This document shows positions 28,380 to 39,484 of a stretch of DNA of 64,000 bases, piece by piece. The stretch comes from Thiotrichaceae bacterium (GTDB lineage Bacteria > Pseudomonadota > Gammaproteobacteria > UBA5859). A program made the translations under genes and the position numbers. The notes beneath the pieces were generated by a model that saw nothing but the letters and a program-made list of their open reading frames with translations, was not told the DNA's origin and did not search any database. The stretch is from contig JBGTSY010000002.1 of the NCBI GenBank assembly GCA_041940025.1, positions 129,396-193,395 on the forward strand, read 5' to 3'. The first letter of the stretch is position 1. Every line of letters begins with the position of its first letter.

Positions 28380-30989
28380 ATGCGTCTAGATAAGTTAACC
28401 ACAAAATTTCAAGAGGCACTGGCGGAGGCACAATCTCTAGCAGTAGGCCGAGACCACCAATTTATCGAGCCAGTGCACATTGCGCTGTGTTTGTTGACAC
28501 AAAAAGGGGGCACCGTTGCGCCACTATTGCGGCAATGCAATGTTCCCACTGATCAGCTACAAAAGGCATTGGAATCAAAGTTAGAGCAGTTGCCCCGCAT
28601 TCAAGGTCATGGTGGCGACATTCACATTTCAAACGATTCGGCTCGCTTGCTCAATTTGGCAGACAAAGCGGCGCAAGAGCGCAAGGACGCCTATCTATCA
28701 AGTGAGCTGTTTATATTGGCGGCGCTTGATGATAGAGGGAGTCTGGGAGACTTATTGCGGCAGTCCGGTCTTAACAAGCAGACGCTCGCAGCAGCGATCG
28801 AACAAGTACGGGGAGGAGAAAGCGTGCAAGAAGCTTCAGCGGAAGATCAGCGACAGGCACTGGAAAAATACACCATCGATCTGACTCAACGAGCCACAGA
28901 GGGTAAGTTGGATCCCGTCATTGGGCGTGACGAGGAGATTCGCCGCACCATTCAAGTATTACAACGTCGTACGAAAAACAATCCGGTGTTAATCGGTGAA
29001 CCAGGTGTCGGTAAAACGGCTATAGTAGAAGGATTGGCGCAGCGGATTATCAATGGTGAGGTGCCAGAGGCGTTAAAGGAAAAACGCTTATTAGCGCTGG
29101 ACATGGGTTCTCTTATCGCTGGCGCAAAATACCGAGGTGAGTTTGAAGAACGACTCAAGGCCGTATTAAAGGAACTTTCTCAACAAGAGGGCGGCATCAT
29201 TCTATTTATAGATGAACTGCATACCATGGTGGGTGCCGGTAAGGCAGAAGGTGCCATGGATGCCGGAAACATGTTGAAACCGGCGCTAGCCAGGGGTGAG
29301 TTGCATTGTGTGGGAGCAACCACTTTGGACGAATATCGTCAGTACATCGAAAAAGATGCGGCGTTAGAGCGACGTTTTCAAAAGGTGTTAGTAGATGAAC
29401 CCAGTCGGGAAGATACCATTGCCATTCTACGGGGACTCAAAGAACGATATGAGATCCATCATGGGGTGGAGATAACCGACCCTGCCATAGTGGCGGCTGC
29501 CACGCTCTCTCATCGCTACATTAGCGATCGTCAATTACCTGATAAAGCGATCGATCTGGTGGACGAGGCGGCGAGTCGAATTCGTATTGAAATAGACTCC
29601 AAACCAGATGCATTGGATCGACTGGAACGCCGTTTAATCCAGTTAAAAATTGAGAGAGAAGCCTTAAAAAAGGAGAAAGACGAAGCCTCGAAAAAACGCT
29701 TGGAGAAGTTGATGCAGGATATCTCTGAGCTAGAGCGGGAGTATTCAGACTTAGAACAGGTGTGGAATGCGGAGAAAGCCACTTTACAAGGAGGCGCGCA
29801 GATCAAAGAGGCGTTGGAAGCCGCTAGACTGGAGATGGAAGCGGCAAGACGGGCAGGTGATTTAAGCAAAATGTCCGAATTGCAGTATGGACGAATTCCA
29901 GAGTTGGAAAAACAGTTACAACACTCAGATGATGCGCCAGAATCTTTGACTTTGTTGCGCAATAAAGTGACCGAGGAAGAGATTGCTGAAGTGGTCTCTC
30001 ACTGGACTGGGATCCCGGTTGCGAAAATGTTGGAAGGCGAGCGGGACAAACTGCTACGCATGGAAGAAGCGATACATGATCGCTTGGTTGGGCAGGACGA
30101 AGCCGTGACCGCGGTGTCAAACGCCATCAGACGATCGCGGGCAGGTTTGTCCGATCCTAATCGACCCAACGGATCCTTCCTATTTTTAGGGCCCACTGGT
30201 GTGGGAAAAACAGAACTCTGTAAAGCCTTAGCGGAATTTTTATTCGACTCCACCGATGCCATGGTGCGCATTGATATGTCGGAATTCATGGAAAAACATT
30301 CGGTGGCGCGATTAATCGGTGCGCCCCCCGGCTATGTGGGATATGAGGAGGGCGGTTATCTCACAGAAGCAGTACGACGTAAGCCCTATTCAGTGTTGTT
30401 GTTAGATGAAGTTGAAAAAGCGCACCCGGATGTATTTAACATCCTGTTGCAAGTTCTGGACGATGGCCGGTTGACGGATGGACATGGCCGTACGGTAGAT
30501 TTCCGTAATACAGTGATTGTGATGACCTCTAATCTGGGTTCACAGCTGATTCAGGATTTGGCAGGAGAAGATAATTACGATGCCATTAAAAGTGCGGTCA
30601 TGGGGGTGGTGGCGCAACATTTTCGACCAGAGTTTATTAATCGTGTGGACGAGGTGGTGGTTTTTCATCCATTGGTACAGGCCCAGTTACGCTCGATTGC
30701 GGCTATCCAGCTGGCGGGCTTAAACGCACGCCTAAAGGAGCGAGATATTGAATTTAGCATTTCTTCAGCGGCGTTGGATCATTTGGCGGAAGTTGGATTT
30801 GATCCCGTCTATGGCGCACGCCCACTGAAGCGTGCCATTCAGAACTATATCGAAAATCCCCTGGCACAGCGGATATTAGCCGGCGAATTTACGGCTGGAA
30901 CGGGCATAGAAGTGGACTACGATGACGTCCAAGGATTTCAATTTGAGCCTATCACCGAGAACACACAGGCGAAGGTTTCTAGTTTATAA
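28380..30989 (+). CDS. clpB: ATP-dependent chaperone ClpB
   Basis: 869 aa; two Walker A motifs ([16 protein letters not shown]), long coiled-coil middle domain. Confidence 0.95.
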   Translation: MRLDKLTTKFQEALAEAQSLAVGRDHQFIEPVHIALCLLTQKGGTVAPLLRQCNVPTDQLQKALESKLEQLPRIQGHGGDIHISNDSARLLNLADKAAQERKDAYLSSELFILAALDDRGSLGDLLRQSGLNKQTLAAAIEQVRGGESVQEASAEDQRQALEKYTIDLTQRATEGKLDPVIGRDEEIRRTIQVLQRRTKNNPVLIGEPGVGKTAIVEGLAQRIINGEVPEALKEKRLLALDMGSLIAGAKYRGEFEERLKAVLKELSQQEGGIILFIDELHTMVGAGKAEGAMDAGNMLKPALARGELHCVGATTLDEYRQYIEKDAALERRFQKVLVDEPSREDTIAILRGLKERYEIHHGVEITDPAIVAAATLSHRYISDRQLPDKAIDLVDEAASRIRIEIDSKPDALDRLERRLIQLKIEREALKKEKDEASKKRLEKLMQDISELEREYSDLEQVWNAEKATLQGGAQIKEALEAARLEMEAARRAGDLSKMSELQYGRIPELEKQLQHSDDAPESLTLLRNKVTEEEIAEVVSHWTGIPVAKMLEGERDKLLRMEEAIHDRLVGQDEAVTAVSNAIRRSRAGLSDPNRPNGSFLFLGPTGVGKTELCKALAEFLFDSTDAMVRIDMSEFMEKHSVARLIGAPPGYVGYEEGGYLTEAVRRKPYSVLLLDEVEKAHPDVFNILLQVLDDGRLTDGHGRTVDFRNTVIVMTSNLGSQLIQDLAGEDNYDAIKSAVMGVVAQHFRPEFINRVDEVVVFHPLVQAQLRSIAAIQLAGLNARLKERDIEFSISSAALDHLAEVGFDPVYGARPLKRAIQNYIENPLAQRILAGEFTAGTGIEVDYDDVQGFQFEPITENTQAKVSSL

Positions 30990-31130
30990 AACTGGTGGTT
31001 AATTTATTTTCCTGCCCCTTATCGGTTTGTGCGTCACAATTATCGGAAGTTTTTCATCTGATTAGCGCTCTCTTTAATGTCCTGTGATTGAAATGCAGAT
31101 ACAAAAGAGAAGTAGCCGGGGATGCATTAG

Positions 31131-31715
31131 ATGAAATATCGAACCACAGGATTCACCTTAATAGAAACCATGATAGTACTTGCAGTGGCAGCGATTTTGG
31201 TCGCCGTTGCCACGCCGTCCTTTAACCAATTCATGATCAATAATCGCTCTCAAAGCACACAGAGTTTCTTGGCAGCGACCTTATCCCAGGCGCGATCAGA
31301 AGCGCTCAAACAAAATCAACATATCACTATTTGCAATACCAACAGAACACATACCCGTTGCCGTCGGCGTAATCAACAGTGGGACCGGTTTGGGTGGATT
31401 ATGTTTGTCGATAGCAATGCTAACGAACAGTTGGATGCGGGAGAGTTGATTTTAGCATCCCGAGAGTCTGTGAGTGGCGCGATGACGATTCGTTTAAAGC
31501 GAACCGGCAATCGAGTGGGCGTGTTTCGATTTACCGGTGACGGTTCCTCAGCAAACGATCTGAGCGCGACATTTGTGGCCTGCCACAATGGTGCCAGTGC
31601 CAATCAGTTTCGAGGCGTGACCATTGCTGCCACGGGTCGGATAGCGGCCACTCGAGATATCGATAATGATGGGATCCATGAAGACCATTTAGGGAATGAT
31701 CTGAGTTGTAGTTAA
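31131..31715 (+). CDS. orphan FimT/GspH-family type IV minor pilin
   Basis: leader MKYRTTG|FTLIETMIVLAVAAILVAVA (Gly-1, Phe+1, Glu+5); 194 aa. Confidence 0.55.
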   Translation: MKYRTTGFTLIETMIVLAVAAILVAVATPSFNQFMINNRSQSTQSFLAATLSQARSEALKQNQHITICNTNRTHTRCRRRNQQWDRFGWIMFVDSNANEQLDAGELILASRESVSGAMTIRLKRTGNRVGVFRFTGDGSSANDLSATFVACHNGASANQFRGVTIAATGRIAATRDIDNDGIHEDHLGNDLSCS

Positions 31716-32072
31716 GACTCAGCATGTGCCCATGAGGCCTGGGAAGAGGGCGTTTCAATCAGCTCTATCGGCGCATAGTTATCCGCACACAACAAGAGAT
31801 GCTTGAGATGAGGCCACCGCTTTTGTGAATGGCTTTGCTGGGTTACCCCACCGCGCTTGCTTGGAACGCTAACAACCCCTTGCTGAGTGGGCGATTTAGT
31901 CCAAGAACTGATTCAGATTACCTTTGTGCGCAAAGGGTAACAACAGCCCGTTTTCATGCCGTCCTCGAATCCAGTAGCCTGGGTCCCCGATCTGGGGTAA
32001 ATTCTCTTTTGTCATTTTTACAAACTTGCTATTGAACTGTATCATAGCGGCGCTAAACTGTCGGACGGAAAT

Positions 32073-32099
32073 ACCCGCGATGATGCGGGTTTTTCTTTT
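32073..32099 (+). terminator. rho-independent terminator-like hairpin / possible attenuator 27 nt upstream of ilvI start
   Basis: acccgc-gatgat-gcgggt stem-loop followed by ttttctttt. Confidence 0.4.
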
Positions 32100-32126
32100 G
32101 CGGCTATCAATTTCTTAGGTGATCCA

Positions 32127-33827
32127 GTGGGTGAAAAATTAAACGGTGCTGAAATAACGGTCCGGTTTCTCAAAGACGAAGGTGTGGAATTCCTCTTCGG
32201 TTACCCGGGTGGCGCGGTATTGCACATCTATGATGAGCTTTATAAACAGGAAGATGTGAAACATATTCTTGTCCGTCATGAGCAAGGCGCAACCCATATG
32301 GCAGACGGGTATGCCCGTGCCACAGGCAAGCCTGGAGTCGTACTGGTCACCTCTGGTCCGGGTGCCACCAATGCGGTGACTGGCATTGCCACCGCTTACA
32401 TGGATTCCATCCCAATGGTGATTATCACCGGTCAGGTGCCTACCGACCTGATTGGTAACGATGCTTTTCAGGAAGTGGATAATGTGGGTATCACCCGTCC
32501 CTGCGTGAAACACAATTTTCTCGTTAAGCACGTGGAAGATCTCGCGATGACGCTAAAAAAGGCCTTTCATATCGCCACCACTGGTCGACCTGGTCCGGTG
32601 TTGGTGGATATTCCCAAGGACGTGTGTCGCCAAAGCGTGCTTTACGAATATCCTAAGCAGGTTTCATTGCGTTCTTATCGTCCGACCACTGAGGGACATT
32701 TGGGGCAAATTAAACGTGCCGTAAAACTGATGTTAAGCGCAAAACGTCCGATGATTTATACCGGCGGTGGCGTGGTGATTGGCAATGCCTCCGATGCGCT
32801 GCGTCAGTTGGTCACCACCTTAGGATTTCCAATTACCAGCACTCTTATGGGATTAGGGGCCTATCCAGCACCTGAGAAACAGTGGCTGGGCATGCTCGGT
32901 ATGCATGGTACCTATGAAGCCAACATGGGGATGCATGGTTGTGATGTGCTGATTGCTATCGGTGCTCGTTTCGATGATCGAGTCACAGGCAATATCGAGA
33001 AGTTTTGTCCGTCTGCAAAAATCATTCATATTGATATCGACCCTTCGTCGATTTCAAAGAATGTGAAAGTTGATATCCCCATTGTCGGAGATGTTGCGTC
33101 GGTATTGGCGCAAATCAATAGAGTGTTAAGTGAAAGTGGCAAAACACCTGATCAGCACGCTTTGGCCGAATGGTGGCAACAGATCGAAACTTGGCGCAGT
33201 GAAAACTGTCTTCGATACGATCAAAAGAGTGAGCAAATCAAACCACAAATGGTAGTGGAAACACTCTATAAGGTGACCAAAGGTGATGCTTTTGTGACCT
33301 CAGATGTGGGCCAACACCAGATGTGGGCGGCCCAGTTTTACCACTTTAAACAGCCTCGTCGCTGGATAAACTCCGGCGGGCTTGGCACCATGGGCTTTGG
33401 TTTGCCGGCAGCGATGGGGGTTCAGTTTGCTTTTCCCGATAGTATTGTTTGTTGCATCACCGGTGAGGGCAGCATCCAGATGAACATTCAAGAGCTTTCC
33501 ACTTGTCTGCAATATAAGTTACCGGTGAAGATCATCAATCTCAATAACCGTTATCTAGGTATGGTGCGCCAGTGGCAAGAGTTCTTCTATGAAAATCGAT
33601 ACGCCATGTCTTATATGGATGCACTGCCAGACTTTGTCAAACTAGCTGAAAGTTATGGTCATGTGGGCATGTGTATCGAAAAGCCTGGTGATGTAGAGAG
33701 CGCTTTGAAAGAAGCGATGAGCCTAAAAGATCGCCTTGTATTCATGGATTTTGTCACTGACCGCACCGAGAATGTTTATCCAATGATTCCGGCAGGTGCG
33801 GGATTAAACGAAATGATACTGGTGTGA
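32127..33827 (+). CDS. ilvI: acetolactate synthase large subunit
   Basis: GTG start; TPP-binding [14 protein letters not shown] motif; FAD-binding region; followed by small subunit. Confidence 0.9.
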   Translation: MGEKLNGAEITVRFLKDEGVEFLFGYPGGAVLHIYDELYKQEDVKHILVRHEQGATHMADGYARATGKPGVVLVTSGPGATNAVTGIATAYMDSIPMVIITGQVPTDLIGNDAFQEVDNVGITRPCVKHNFLVKHVEDLAMTLKKAFHIATTGRPGPVLVDIPKDVCRQSVLYEYPKQVSLRSYRPTTEGHLGQIKRAVKLMLSAKRPMIYTGGGVVIGNASDALRQLVTTLGFPITSTLMGLGAYPAPEKQWLGMLGMHGTYEANMGMHGCDVLIAIGARFDDRVTGNIEKFCPSAKIIHIDIDPSSISKNVKVDIPIVGDVASVLAQINRVLSESGKTPDQHALAEWWQQIETWRSENCLRYDQKSEQIKPQMVVETLYKVTKGDAFVTSDVGQHQMWAAQFYHFKQPRRWINSGGLGTMGFGLPAAMGVQFAFPDSIVCCITGEGSIQMNIQELSTCLQYKLPVKIINLNNRYLGMVRQWQEFFYENRYAMSYMDALPDFVKLAESYGHVGMCIEKPGDVESALKEAMSLKDRLVFMDFVTDRTENVYPMIPAGAGLNEMILV

Positions 33828-33828
33828 T

Positions 33829-34320
33829 ATGCGTCGTATAATTTCTGTATTGATGGAAAACGAATCGGGTGCGCTGTCTCGAGTGGTGGCGCTCTTTTCC
33901 GCCCGTGGGTACAACATTGAATCTTTAACAGTGGCTCCCACTGAAGATCCCTCATTGTCACGTTTGACATTGGTGACTCACGGTTCTGAACAGATCATTG
34001 AACAGATCACCAAACAGTTAAACAAATTGATCGAGGTGGTGAAGTTGGCCGACCTCACCGACGGCAGTCACATTGAGCGGGAAATGATGTTAGTAAAAGT
34101 GCGCGTCATTAGTGACAAGCGGGAATTTATATTACACATAGTGGATATCTTTCGCGGTAGAGTGATTGATGTGAATCGATCTGTTTTTACCATTGAATTG
34201 ACAGGCACTTCCGATAAGTTAGACAGTTTTTTGGAAAATTTATCTGAGGCTAAAATCATAGAAGTGGTACGTTCTGGTGTCATGGGTATTGCGCGCGGTG
34301 AGAAATCACTCAGTCTATAG
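33829..34320 (+). CDS. ilvH: acetolactate synthase small (regulatory, ACT-domain) subunit
   Basis: 163 aa MRRIISVLMENESGALSRVVALFSARGYNIESLTVAPTEDP… classic IlvH/IlvN ACT domain. Confidence 0.85.
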   Translation: MRRIISVLMENESGALSRVVALFSARGYNIESLTVAPTEDPSLSRLTLVTHGSEQIIEQITKQLNKLIEVVKLADLTDGSHIEREMMLVKVRVISDKREFILHIVDIFRGRVIDVNRSVFTIELTGTSDKLDSFLENLSEAKIIEVVRSGVMGIARGEKSLSL

Positions 34321-34359
34321 TGAAGCAATAGCGGTTTAAATTAGTTAAAAGATAGTTAG

Positions 34360-35385
<1,026 letters not shown>

Positions 35386-35470
35386 GTCTCGCTGCGTCGG
35401 CATGAGGACTGGTGTCAATTTTGCTGTGAACTCTAGAATAGCTGCTCAAAAGGGATAGATTAAGAGTCAC

Positions 35471-36286
35471 ATGAAACATTTGAAGCCCGTTGATTCCGAT
35501 TCAACTCAGTCAAAAAATAAGGAATCGGCCTCTGCAGAGGATGAAGCGAACCCCTTGCGTCGTCAGCCGAAAGGCATATACCTACTGCCTAATCTATTTA
35601 CCACAGCCAGTCTGTTCGCTGCGTTCTATTCTATTGTGGCTGCCATGGGACAGCAGTACGAGGCTGCCGCAATAGCTATCTTTGTCGCCATTATGATGGA
35701 TAGCTTAGATGGCCGTGTGGCCAGGCTGACCAACACTCAAAGTGCCTTTGGTGCTGAATATGATAGCTTGTCCGATATGGTGGCATTCGGATTGGCACCG
35801 GCATTGGTGATGTATGAATGGGTGTTAGTGGAGTTTGGCAAGTTGGGTTGGTTGGTGGCGTTTTTGTATGCTGCGGCTACCGCACTACGTTTAGCCCGGT
35901 TCAACACCCAACTTGGTGATGAAGACAAACGCTTTTTTCAAGGATTGGCAAGCCCGGCGGCTGCGGCGATGATGGCTTCTCTGCTATGGTTTGGTGTCAG
36001 CCATGAATGGGATCTTGAGGTGCTGAAAAATTATGCCGTTGTGATCACTTTATTTGCTGGTGGCATGATGGTGAGCAATTTTCGTTATCGTAGTTTTAAG
36101 GATTTTGACCCTCGAGGACGTGTACCTTTTGTGACGATGTTGATGGTGGTATTAGGGTTAGTGTTTATTTCGTTAGATCCTCCGCAAATTCTATTTGCCA
36201 TGTCGGTGATTTATGCGCTTTCAGGTCCGGTATATACCGTATGGAAAGTACGTGAACATCGGAACAATCGAGCAAAAAACCATTAA
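35471..36286 (+). CDS. pssA: CDP-diacylglycerol--serine O-phosphatidyltransferase
   Basis: CDP-alcohol phosphatidyltransferase motif D(S)LDGRVAR…GAEYDSLSDMVAFG. Confidence 0.85.
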   Translation: MKHLKPVDSDSTQSKNKESASAEDEANPLRRQPKGIYLLPNLFTTASLFAAFYSIVAAMGQQYEAAAIAIFVAIMMDSLDGRVARLTNTQSAFGAEYDSLSDMVAFGLAPALVMYEWVLVEFGKLGWLVAFLYAAATALRLARFNTQLGDEDKRFFQGLASPAAAAMMASLLWFGVSHEWDLEVLKNYAVVITLFAGGMMVSNFRYRSFKDFDPRGRVPFVTMLMVVLGLVFISLDPPQILFAMSVIYALSGPVYTVWKVREHRNNRAKNH

Positions 36287-36503
36287 ATTGGCCGCTATAT
36301 TTTTTCAGTACTGATGGTCTCCGTTTTCCTGTGTTAATTATGGGCTAGAGCGGAGTGGCCATGCTCTGCTGGTGACAATCATCTAATCTATTTCCTCACG
36401 ATGTGGTGTTGGAAATATCACAAATAGATCACAAATTAGAATTGCTATTGAAACGACTCTCCTTTTCTGGCTTCATTGATGTATCCATTTCGGCTTAGGA
36501 GAA

Positions 36504-37412
36504 GTGATGATGGCGTTGCCAAAAGAGTGGCAAATCAAGGAACATGAGGTCACTGAATACTCTCTCTATCTGCGTCGTCGAGAATTTATTGCAGGCAGCT
36601 TGGCATTCGCCGTTTCAGCACTGACTTCAAGTCAGGCAATGGGCGAAGAGCCAGAGAAAGATAAGTTAACGCCTAAACGTGCAGTGACCTCCTATAACAA
36701 CTTTTATGAGTTTGGCACGGATAAACGCTCACCGGCAAAGCTATCAAAACACTTCAAAACCCAACCTTGGTTCGTGGTTGTGGATGGGAATTGCGCAAAA
36801 CCTGGCAAGTACCCGTTGGAAGATCTGATTGCGAAGCAGCACACAGAGGAACGAATCTATCGCTTACGCTGCGTGGAAGCCTGGTCAATGGTAATTCCGT
36901 GGAAAGGCTTTGAGTTGGCCCCCTTACTGAAATCATTTGAACCTACCAGTGATGCAAAGTTCGTTCGATTTGAGACTCTTTTCGATCCTGAACAGATGCC
37001 GGGACAAAGGCGAAAAGTGTTGGCGTGGCCTTATGTGGAGGGGCTCACTATACAGGAGGCAATGCATCCTCTCACATTCATGGCCACCGGGTTGTATGGT
37101 GACGATCTTCCTAATCAAAATGGCGCACCTTTGCGTTTAGTGGTGCCGTGGAAATATGGCTTTAAGAGCATTAAGTCTATTGTGCGAATTAGTTTTGAAA
37201 AAGAGATGCCGAAAACCAGTTGGAGTCTTTCCGCCCCTCATGAATATGGTTTTTATGCGAACGTGAATCCAGATGTGGATCATCCACGTTGGAGTCAGGC
37301 CACTGAGCGTCGTATTGGTGAACGTGGTCGTCGTGACACATTGATGTTTAACGGCTATGAAAAGGCGGTGGCCGCACTGTATGCAGATCTAGATCTGCAA
37401 AAATGGTATTAA
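36504..37412 (+). CDS. msrP: periplasmic protein-methionine-sulfoxide reductase, molybdopterin catalytic subunit MsrP (YedY)
   Basis: Tat signal [14 protein letters not shown]; YedY-type oxidoreductase molybdopterin-binding domain; followed by msrQ. Confidence 0.85.
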   Translation: MMMALPKEWQIKEHEVTEYSLYLRRREFIAGSLAFAVSALTSSQAMGEEPEKDKLTPKRAVTSYNNFYEFGTDKRSPAKLSKHFKTQPWFVVVDGNCAKPGKYPLEDLIAKQHTEERIYRLRCVEAWSMVIPWKGFELAPLLKSFEPTSDAKFVRFETLFDPEQMPGQRRKVLAWPYVEGLTIQEAMHPLTFMATGLYGDDLPNQNGAPLRLVVPWKYGFKSIKSIVRISFEKEMPKTSWSLSAPHEYGFYANVNPDVDHPRWSQATERRIGERGRRDTLMFNGYEKAVAALYADLDLQKWY

Positions 37413-38018
37413 ATGACACTGAACAAATTTTTTTCTTCTAACTATCTTATCTATTCAGTTGCGTTCATCCCTGCTTATTATCTCCTATATCAGTTTTATT
37501 TTGGGTTGGCTTGGATTGATCCTATCGAAGAGGGATTGCATGGGTTTGGAATTTGGACATTACGTTTTTTGTTGATGAGTTTGGCTGTCCGGCCTGTTGT
37601 TCGATTAGCGGATAAGCCTCACTGGTTCAAATATCGACGGATATTTGGTTTGGTGTCTGTATTCTACCTATGTTGCCATATGCTGATTTATGTGGTTTAC
37701 GATCAGGACTTGATGTGGCGAACCTTAGTAGAAGAATTAACCACACGTGTGTATCTGCTCATTGGCCTGGTGGCGGCAACAGGTTTACTCAGCATGGCAT
37801 TGACTTCCAATCAGTTCAGTATTGCTAAGTTAGGTCACCATTGGCAGCGACTGCATCAATGGATCTATCTATGGGTATCCTTGGCAGTGCTTCATTTCTA
37901 TTTATCTGTTAAAGCGGACATTCTAGAGCCCCTTCTCTATGCCGGCATTGTGTTCGTATTGTTAGGGATGCGGATCTGGTGGCGAATTAATTGGTATCAT
38001 CAGAAGAACGCGCTTTAA
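37413..38018 (+). CDS. msrQ: MsrQ (YedZ) heme-b membrane subunit
   Basis: 201 aa, 6 TM ferric-reductase-like domain, start adjacent to msrP stop. Confidence 0.8.
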   Translation: MTLNKFFSSNYLIYSVAFIPAYYLLYQFYFGLAWIDPIEEGLHGFGIWTLRFLLMSLAVRPVVRLADKPHWFKYRRIFGLVSVFYLCCHMLIYVVYDQDLMWRTLVEELTTRVYLLIGLVAATGLLSMALTSNQFSIAKLGHHWQRLHQWIYLWVSLAVLHFYLSVKADILEPLLYAGIVFVLLGMRIWWRINWYHQKNAL

Positions 38019-38039
38019 GAGTGCCTTAGTGTGTCACTT

Positions 38040-38099
38040 AAAATTTGATAAAAATTTGATAATTTGTCGCTTATCATTCATTTAAAATTGCACCATAAT
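38040..38099 (+). promoter_or_regulatory. candidate promoter/operator of the RiPP cassette: tandem AAAATTTGATA x2.5, inverted repeat TGATAA-N8-TTATCA, -35 TTATCA / -10 CATAAT
   Basis: direct repeats 38040-38050 and 38051-38061; IR arms 38057-38062 / 38071-38076; CATAAT at 38094-38099 (17-nt spacer from TTATCA). Confidence 0.3.
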
Positions 38100-38244
38100 G
38101 GCGTTATCCTGTGACTGGATAGAGTGTAATTTGCTTCAACCAAAGGAGTCTAAAAGGCATCTGGGAGAAGCCTGGAGGTGGGTCAAGACAGTCTTGCGGT
38201 CACCGGCAATGCCAATAATATTCAATTAAACTAAGGAGATATGC

Positions 38245-38613
38245 ATGTCAGCAAGTAAATCCAAATCCAATGAGTTGGCGAAAAAGTCAGGGTTGGTCGC
38301 GGCCGCAGGCGCAGCAACATTCGTCGTATCCTTGACTGCTTCACCCTTGGCGCAGGCAGATGTGAACCCATTTTCTACCACAGACTTAGGTTCTGGCTAC
38401 TTGCAATTGGCTGAGGGCAGTTGTGGCGAGGGTAAGTGTGGTGAAGGCAAATGTGGTGAGAAAAAAGGTAAAGAAGGAAAATGCGGCGAAGGCAAATGCG
38501 GCGAAGGTAAGTGTGGTGAAGGCAAATGCGGTGGTAAGAAAGGTGCCGAAGGAAGCTGCGGTGATAAAAAAGGCGGTGAAGGCAAGTGTGGCGAAGGCAA
38601 GTGTGGCAGTTAA
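38245..38613 (+). CDS. secreted Cys-rich EGKCG-repeat RiPP precursor (HvfA-/MbnA-like substrate of the adjacent DUF692 MNIO enzyme)
   Basis: RBS aaggag 5 nt upstream; Sec signal (…SLTASPLAQA|DV); 10 Cys, all in x-C-G context within (E/K)GKCG pentapeptide repeats; immediately followed by DUF692 + DUF2063 genes. Confidence 0.7.
   Translation: MSASKSKSNELAKKSGLVAAAGAATFVVSLTASPLAQADVNPFSTTDLGSGYLQLAEGSCGEGKCGEGKCGEKKGKEGKCGEGKCGEGKCGEGKCGGKKGAEGSCGDKKGGEGKCGEGKCGS
38418..38610 (+). repeat. tandem 15-bp coding repeat (ggtgaaggcaaatgt-type) encoding the EGKCG units
   Basis: visible period-15 repetition with synonymous tgt/tgc and ggt/ggc alternation. Confidence 0.8.
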
Positions 38614-38623
38614 TCATTAGCTG

Positions 38624-39484
38624 TTGAACCCGATGACCACTCAGCCTATTCAAGGTGCTGGATTAGGATTGCGGCGGAGTCTATTGGATCCGCTGCAATG
38701 CTCTAATCAACAGAGCATCAATTTTTTCGAAGTCGCCCCAGAAAATTGGATGGGGGTGGGCGGTCAATTAGGAAAAAAATTTCGCCAGTTTACGGAAGCC
38801 TATGACTTTGCATGTCACGGTCTCTCACTAAACGTTGGTGGTGTTGCGCCCCTAGACGAAGCATTTATTCACCGTCTAAAGCAGTTTCTTCAAGAACACC
38901 AGATCCAAATTTACAGTGAACATCTCAGCTACTGTGGCGATGCGGGTCATCTCTATGATTTAATGCCCATTCCGTTTACTGAAGAAGCTGTGGCTTACGT
39001 GAGCGAGCGCATCCAGCGTGTACAGGATATTTTAGGCCAGCGCCTGGTGATAGAAAATGTATCTTACTATGCAGCGCCGGGACAGGAGATGGCGGAAATT
39101 GATTTCATCTGTGAAGTATTAAAGCAGTCCGACTGTGAGCTTTTATTGGATGTCAATAACATCTACGTCAACAGCATTAATCATCAATACGATCCCATAG
39201 CTTTTATGAGATCCTTACCTGCTGAGCGTATTCGCTATATGCATATCGCAGGTCATTATGAAGAAGCTGAAGATTTACGAGTGGATACCCATGGCGCTGA
39301 AGTGATCGATCCGGTTTGGGATCTGCTTGATAAAACCTACGAACACTTTGGAGTCTATCCTACGTTGTTAGAGCGGGATTTTAATATACCTGCTCTGCAT
39401 GAACTGTTAGCGGAAGTGGAAAAAATTCAGCACTACCAGCTGAATCATCAACAGATCACACATTCGAGTTATGAGTCTGCCTGA
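38624..39484 (+). CDS. DUF692 family multinuclear non-heme iron oxidative (MNIO) RiPP maturase, MbnB/HvfB-like
   Basis: TIM-barrel DUF692 signature blocks GLGLRR, FFEV, HGLSLNVGG, SEHLSY, ENVSYY, LLLDVNNIYVN, HIAGHY, DTHG, LLERD; TTG at 38624 or ATG at 38633. Confidence 0.8.
   Translation: MNPMTTQPIQGAGLGLRRSLLDPLQCSNQQSINFFEVAPENWMGVGGQLGKKFRQFTEAYDFACHGLSLNVGGVAPLDEAFIHRLKQFLQEHQIQIYSEHLSYCGDAGHLYDLMPIPFTEEAVAYVSERIQRVQDILGQRLVIENVSYYAAPGQEMAEIDFICEVLKQSDCELLLDVNNIYVNSINHQYDPIAFMRSLPAERIRYMHIAGHYEEAEDLRVDTHGAEVIDPVWDLLDKTYEHFGVYPTLLERDFNIPALHELLAEVEKIQHYQLNHQQITHSSYESA

Noticed and set aside
31829-32035. 68-aa ORF upstream of ilvI as an ilv leader peptide
   Set aside because: It is not enriched in Val/Ile/Leu codons and is too long for an attenuation leader; more likely non-coding.
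38375-38653. Antisense and +1-frame ORFs across the precursor repeat (38375-38653 -, 38397-38600 -, 38423-38620 +) encoding PSPHLPS…/Lys-Val-rich low-complexity peptides
   Set aside because: They are mirror artefacts of the 15-bp tandem repeat; only the 38245 frame has an RBS, a signal peptide and the Cys-Gly periodicity expected of the DUF692 substrate.
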